Origin: a virus
Taxonomy: Duplodnaviria > Caudoviricetes
DNA: 38,890 nt
Reading direction: 5' to 3' (one strand)
IMG/VR virus record: IMGVR_UViG_3300007643_000272
Span: 1-38,890 of that record
In this document: positions 34,403 through 38,890 of the stretch, in pieces
Position numbering within the stretch: the first letter of the stretch is position 1
How the letters are laid out: every line of letters begins with the position of its first letter
Position numbers and translations under genes: made by a program
The notes under the pieces: generated by a model
What the model saw: only the letters and a program-made list of their open reading frames with translations
The model's database searches: none
What the model was told of the DNA's origin: nothing

Positions 34403-34882
34403 CTACCAGGTCTCGGTGCTGTAGCCGACAGTCGCCACCGTAATCGGCGTCGGATCTGTGGTCGTTTGCGCATTGCCGTCGCCGTCAGTCCAAGTAATTT
34501 CCACAAGGAACTCGTTCGCGCCGCCGCCTGCTTTTAGGTCGATGCCCGTAATCGCTGTGTGAGCAACACCAGTCAAGCCAGTGTTCAATTCCTCAAGCGC
34601 GGCCTTCACGTTCGTTGCTGTCATTCCTGACGCAACATTGTCAAAGCTAGTGCCAGCAGCGGTCTGGTCAATGCCTGCAAGCGCAGCGGTGATCGCCGCC
34701 GAAATTGCAGCGGCAGATGCAGCCGATGTTACGGCGTCCAGTTTGCGTGGTGTGCCGCCAGTATCGGTGACATAGACGGCTTCAAGGCCGTCATTTGCGC
34801 CGTTTGACTCAAAGTAAATGTGGCCTGCTGTGGCCGTGCCGGGCACGGCCCCATTGGCTACGCGGTGAAAGTCTAGTGCCAT
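34403..34882 (-). CDS. putative fibre/virion appendage subunit
   Basis: FDNVASGMTATNVKAALEEL trimeric-fibre motif; ends in GYSTETW. Confidence 0.65.
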   Translation of the reverse strand: MALDFHRVANGAVPGTATAGHIYFESNGANDGLEAVYVTDTGGTPRKLDAVTSAASAAAISAAITAALAGIDQTAAGTSFDNVASGMTATNVKAALEELNTGLTGVAHTAITGIDLKAGGGANEFLVEITWTDGDGNAQTTTDPTPITVATVGYSTETW

Positions 34883-34886
34883 GGTT

Positions 34887-35552
34887 TTACCATCCTTCAG
34901 TTAGGTAATTTAGATCAGCTGCGGTATCTGTTCCACCTGAACCACCAACGTTCACTGGAAACAATTTCCCAAATCGGTAGTGGTAAAGATCGTTGCGGGC
35001 CTCGTCGGCCTCGGAATGAATAAGCAAATAGCTCTTGCCGTCTTCCAGCGTCAGCGTACCTGCTGTGACCGCTGCTGCGGCGTCGGCGAATGTCCCAAAG
35101 GCGGGTATCTCGGTCGACGGCACGTCAGGGACAGCGACAGAGATCGCAAAATCCCACTGACCACCATTGGTCAGATACACACCGCGAGGATATTGCGGGT
35201 TTTCTGCGTCGCCGGTGCCAATATCGTCGGCTGTCAACCAGGTCGAAAAGGTCGTCGTCGCGTCGGCCTCTGCCGGGATGGCAGGCAGACCAGCATAGGT
35301 ATCGGCAAACGGCCGCAGCATCTGACCGGTGACGTCCAGATTATCTATGTCATTGCGCAGCTGGCCAAGGGCGATCGCAAGCGCTGCCTTTTCCGCCGCG
35401 CTGGTGTGGATATCGTCGTCGCTGGTATGATCCGCCGGGCCGACATTGTCCCAGCCATACACGCCGTCAGATATCACCCTAGCCACGACGAAGTCGCCGA
35501 AGCGATCGCCTTCCTGCAGGCCCAGCTGTTTTAAGGACGTTGCCTTAACCAT
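34887..35552 (-). CDS. putative fibre/virion appendage subunit
   Basis: Acidic; HTSDDDIHTSAAEK fibre motif, ADTYAGLP..GVY..GGQW; ends in NYLTEGW. Confidence 0.6.
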   Translation of the reverse strand: MVKATSLKQLGLQEGDRFGDFVVARVISDGVYGWDNVGPADHTSDDDIHTSAAEKAALAIALGQLRNDIDNLDVTGQMLRPFADTYAGLPAIPAEADATTTFSTWLTADDIGTGDAENPQYPRGVYLTNGGQWDFAISVAVPDVPSTEIPAFGTFADAAAAVTAGTLTLEDGKSYLLIHSEADEARNDLYHYRFGKLFPVNVGGSGGTDTAADLNYLTEGW

Positions 35553-35555
35553 AAC

Positions 35556-36110
35556 CTAAGCCGCTGTAGACCAGTAAGCGGCCATCTGGCCAGCGTCAGC
35601 GCCGAGCGCGATATGCTTGCCGCGAAGGCTCTCTGTCGGATCGTTCAGCACAATGGCCTCGGTGCCAGAGCGCACGGTCGTCGGATCCGGCAGATCGGCA
35701 TACGTGTTGTAGCCGAGCGCTTTGATGTCGCCTTCCACCCAGTCCGTCCCATTGTAGCGATCGGTGCGGTCGATGTCGTCAATGTAGACGCGCTGGCCGG
35801 TCTCGACTTCCGTCAGGGCGTCGCGCGCAGCCACATTGGCCTCGCTAACTTCATAGTTCTCGACCTCATAAACACCGTCGTTGACGACATAGACCAGACC
35901 ATTGCTTGAAGTCTTTACCCGATAGCCGTCTGATTTGGTCGCCACGTCGGGGCGGTCTGCTTTCGTTGCCACGGTGTCGTGCAGGTCGGTTGCAACCGCA
36001 GCCGGAGCAAAACCATAGTGCATATCAGCGAAGACATGGACCACCACGTCGCCGTTGATGGTGTCACCGATTGCGCCGCCTGGCGCATTGCGAGATGCGA
36101 GAATTGCCAT
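35556..36110 (-). CDS. putative fibre/virion appendage subunit
   Basis: ANVAARDAL..GQRVYI..RYNGTDW small fibre domains; C-terminal domain paralogous to 36130-36570; ATG at 36110. Confidence 0.6.
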   Translation of the reverse strand: MAILASRNAPGGAIGDTINGDVVVHVFADMHYGFAPAAVATDLHDTVATKADRPDVATKSDGYRVKTSSNGLVYVVNDGVYEVENYEVSEANVAARDALTEVETGQRVYIDDIDRTDRYNGTDWVEGDIKALGYNTYADLPDPTTVRSGTEAIVLNDPTESLRGKHIALGADAGQMAAYWSTAA

Positions 36111-36129
36111 AATAAATTGCCCTGTTGGT

Positions 36130-36570
36130 TTAAGATTGCAGGCGGTAGTAAACCGCCATGGAGCCCTTCGGCGCACCGAGCGCCAAGTGCTGACCGGTCA
36201 GCGCGCCATCATCGACAACGGTGACCAGAGTGCCGACCTCAATCGTCGCCGGATTGGGCGCGTCTTGCAGGCGGTTATAGACATGATCGGAGGATGGCAC
36301 CGATGCTTCAATTAAATTTTTAGCGGTCAGCGCGGCATGCGTGGTGCCTGTGTTGAGCGTGATTGGCCCGGCCGTGGTGTTTTGAAACCGGATCAGCGTA
36401 TCGGATGCCATTGTCCATTCACCAACGCCGACGACTGTGGTCGCGTCGCCGACCGGGGTGCGGCCCTTGAGGTCTGCAACACCTGTTCGCGCAACCGCAT
36501 CGACGGTACCGCCTCCGCCGGGTGCGGAGGCCCCGCCGGATGTCCAGAAAGGATGGCGACGGTTAAGCAT
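36130..36570 (-). CDS. putative virion appendage subunit
   Basis: GGAG RBS; DAVAR motif; C-terminal domain shared with the downstream gene. Confidence 0.55.
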   Translation of the reverse strand: MLNRRHPFWTSGGASAPGGGGTVDAVARTGVADLKGRTPVGDATTVVGVGEWTMASDTLIRFQNTTAGPITLNTGTTHAALTAKNLIEASVPSSDHVYNRLQDAPNPATIEVGTLVTVVDDGALTGQHLALGAPKGSMAVYYRLQS

Positions 36571-36572
36571 GG

Positions 36573-37133
36573 CTAGGCTCCTGTTTTGTCCGCAGATGCC
36601 TCGCTGTCCGAAGTGCTTTGATCGCCGCTGGTTTCTGTCGGCGCATCGGTGGCGGGGGCTGGTGTTTCCGTTTCAGTTTCAGCGCTTGCTGCGGCCTCGC
36701 CTGCTGCAGCCGGGGCCTCGTCTGGACCGGCGTCGGCTTCGGGCTCTTCGTTCTGAACTTCGACGATATCGAGGTGACCACCTTCGGCGACGCCGGCGAA
36801 CGGGCAAACAGCGGTCACCGCATTATCACGGTACTCCATCGGCGTGACGGTGATCTCAGCGCCGCCGGCACTGGCGTCGCGGTGTTTGGAAACGCCGCCT
36901 AGCACTTCGAGATTGTCGTGGAAGTCGATAGCAACAAAGCAGAAGAGTCCGGTCGTGCCTGCCAGATAAGCGGCAAGGTCAAGCGACGCTATCTTGCCGT
37001 TCGTGGCGGCATCGGCAGGCGTCCACCGTGTAACTAGACCCGGCTCAAGACCAAGTTGACGCTGGCCACCGAGAGGCTCCTGCATCCATGCGTTAATGGC
37101 TTGCGAAATTTGAGCGATGATATCTTCGGACAT
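36573..37133 (-). CDS. hypothetical protein with acidic low-complexity tail; first gene of the late block
   Basis: Follows the terminator; stop lies 2 nt from the next start. Confidence 0.6.
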   Translation of the reverse strand: MSEDIIAQISQAINAWMQEPLGGQRQLGLEPGLVTRWTPADAATNGKIASLDLAAYLAGTTGLFCFVAIDFHDNLEVLGGVSKHRDASAGGAEITVTPMEYRDNAVTAVCPFAGVAEGGHLDIVEVQNEEPEADAGPDEAPAAAGEAAASAETETETPAPATDAPTETSGDQSTSDSEASADKTGA

Positions 37134-37167
37134 AGGAAACAGGCCTTTTACGGTGAGACTTCAGGTC

Positions 37168-37204
37168 AAAAAATACCCCGCCATGCAGCGAAGCAAAGCG
37201 GGGT
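37168..37204 (-). terminator. intrinsic terminator in the late leader (tR'-like)
   Basis: accccgc/gcggggt stem followed by ATTTTTT on the minus strand, about 35 nt before the first late ATG. Confidence 0.65.
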
Positions 37205-37360
37205 GAAAGTGATGGGTAATGTGCCTAAGCATTCAAGAGGAAGAGCGCCAGCGTAGAAATATCTACCTCGATTTGCGGATTATGCGGAAAACTTTTTTTA
37301 TATTTTTGCTAGGACTCGGTTTTGATTCCAAAATTATCACCACGCCTCTGAGGAAAATTT

Positions 37361-37900
37361 TTATATTTTTGCCTCGCCAGAGGCCCGCGCTTGCGCAAAC
37401 AATACTTCCTGCAGCCGTGTTGCCTCGCGCTTCCAATGATAGATTGAACGGCTGCCTAGTTTGCCGATCGTGGCCATGTGCGCTTTGACCTTCATCCAGT
37501 CTTCGCCCGCCCATTCTGAGCGCAGCAGGTTGAGCGCGCAGCTTTCCAACAGGCTATGCTCCCAGCGATGGAAGCCGCGTCGGTTGCGATCGCGGCCTTG
37601 CCAAGATGCGATCCATTCTAACACAACGTCGAGCTCGTCAATTTGGCGCGGCGTTGGCGTCCAGGCGATGCCACCTGATCGCGGGTCGACCTTTTCGCCC
37701 TCGACCAGATCTTTGTTATAACCCCAATCGCCTGGCTGGTATTGATAGACCGGCCAGCATGATCCGCCGCCAGACGAGACGCCGCCGCGTGGGGTCACGT
37801 AAAGCGTCAGATACGCTTCATGCACCATGCGGGCAATCCGGTGACGCTCTTGAGCTGCGAAGTCGATCTCGGAGGAGAGTAAAGCTTTTTCATTTGTCAT
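37361..37900 (-). CDS. putative late transcription regulator (DUF6362-like, C-terminal HTH)
   Basis: EAYLTL..P..WP..PTPRQIDELDVVLEW pattern with C-terminal W..V..SRSIYHW helices; Q-like position before an AT-rich intergenic region. Confidence 0.55.
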   Translation of the reverse strand: MTNEKALLSSEIDFAAQERHRIARMVHEAYLTLYVTPRGGVSSGGGSCWPVYQYQPGDWGYNKDLVEGEKVDPRSGGIAWTPTPRQIDELDVVLEWIASWQGRDRNRRGFHRWEHSLLESCALNLLRSEWAGEDWMKVKAHMATIGKLGSRSIYHWKREATRLQEVLFAQARASGEAKI

Positions 37901-38246
37901 CGGCGAGTGCCTCTCCCTGCGGAGCATGGTCCATGTCGGACGTTTCGATATAGGTGCGCAACCGGATGCCGATTTGATAGGCCATAGCCAGCGCGTCAGT
38001 CTTGTCTGCGGCAAAGCGCATGACCACCGAATAGCCGAGGGCGACGGCCATGCTGCGGCCGCTGTCGCGGTCCACGATGTTGGCTGCAAAGCCTCTGTCG
38101 AAAAGTGCGTACTGGGCAAGCGACAGCACCGTGGCAGGCCGCATAGTCGGATTGGCGGTTAGCAGCGCCTCGGTGAACGCATGCGCCGCCTGCTCCACCT
38201 CCGGCGTCCATTGCAGGGTCTCGCCTGCGCCGAGCGGGGCGGTCAT
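37890..38246 (-). CDS. hypothetical protein
   Basis: ATG at 38246 overlaps the HD gene stop (ATGA); overlaps the next gene by 11 nt. Confidence 0.6.
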   Translation of the reverse strand: MTAPLGAGETLQWTPEVEQAAHAFTEALLTANPTMRPATVLSLAQYALFDRGFAANIVDRDSGRSMAVALGYSVVMRFAADKTDALAMAYQIGIRLRTYIETSDMDHAPQGEALADDK

Positions 38247-38890
38247 ACCAGCGTCCCCGTCGTTTGAGGAGCGATGGCAAGCCGCAAAGCGTGTACACGG
38301 CGAACGAATTCTCTCGCCGCTGCTTCTCGGCCAAGGGGCTCGCCACACATGCGCTGCAATTCTGAAACGGTATATTTATCCAGCCAATCAAGCTGGTCTA
38401 GAAAATCTGGTCGCGGGCCAGAGGCAAAGAATGTAAAAGCTTCAGCTGTCAGCGCTAACGAGTCGGCGGCTTTGACGCGAGAACACTGATTGGCAAAATC
38501 CAGCATGTCGTCGCCTTCACGGCTCAATCCCGCCTTTACAAATATGACAGCGTCTATCCGACGCTCGAGATCCTGCCATGCGTCAGTAATTTCCTTGCCT
38601 GATCCCGTAGCGGCCAAGGCCTGCTTCACGGGAGTGGTCAAGTCGCCGATATAAGCCTCGTGAGCATCGTGCAGCAAGCCATGCAGTTGCGCACGCTGGT
38701 CTCCGCCCTGTTCACGAATGATCCGGGCCACAAGAAGGCTATGGTCGGCAACAGACCAATCGCCGACGAGCGCGCCGTCGAAGCGGCGTAGCCCGGCAAG
38801 TTGATATCCAATATCTGCCCAATGGACCTGGTCGGGTGTCGGATTATGCAGATCGAATTTGCGTCCGGTATATGTTTGTTTCCATGTCAT
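38243..38890 (-). CDS. HD-domain phosphohydrolase (YfdR/5'-deoxynucleotidase-like)
   Basis: TYTGRKFDL..P, RRFDG, WSVADHS, LLHDAHEAYIGDLTTPVK and VKAAD motifs. Confidence 0.9.
   Translation of the reverse strand: MTWKQTYTGRKFDLHNPTPDQVHWADIGYQLAGLRRFDGALVGDWSVADHSLLVARIIREQGGDQRAQLHGLLHDAHEAYIGDLTTPVKQALAATGSGKEITDAWQDLERRIDAVIFVKAGLSREGDDMLDFANQCSRVKAADSLALTAEAFTFFASGPRPDFLDQLDWLDKYTVSELQRMCGEPLGREAAAREFVRRVHALRLAIAPQTTGTLV

Noticed and set aside
33739-35556. Amber read-through or TAG recoding fusing fibre genes (in-frame TAG junctions at 35556, 34403 and 33749)
   Set aside because: Many other TAG stops in the window are out of frame with the next gene and end full-length conserved proteins (sheath, capsid). 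The in-frame fraction is about what chance gives, and no suppressor tRNA is seen.
38243-38890. HD hydrolase as DatZ of a 2-aminoadenine (Z-genome) pathway
   Set aside because: No purZ or mazZ in the window; motifs fit the widespread YfdR-like prophage HD family.

Overview
The window is the late region of a tailed phage or prophage, with essentially all genes on the minus strand. It is GC-rich and probably infects an alphaproteobacterium (inference). Read from right to left it contains: an HD hydrolase, a putative late regulator and a terminator; a block of fibre-like genes; two small membrane proteins and a tightly coupled three-gene cassette; a T7-anchor esterase fibre, a lipoprotein, a structured intergenic RNA candidate and a transglutaminase-like Cys protease; a lambda-like cos site, ParB-methyltransferase, TerS/TerL, portal, S49 protease/scaffold, decoration and capsid genes; a Mu-like contractile tail and baseplate; a tail fibre, an M15 endolysin and a lipoprotein; and two moron-like genes with duplicated promoters. 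The stand-out is 28876-30565. A FixL-like heme-PAS protein is followed by a coiled-coil adaptor ending in VHGDVAQTI and then a helical putative membrane effector starting with the same motif plus a pseudo-repeat. This resembles amyloid/RHIM-type signalling (HET-S/NWD2 logic) wired to a gas sensor, in the genome segment where lambdoid phages keep lysis genes. All family assignments are motif recognition by eye; no database searches were run.
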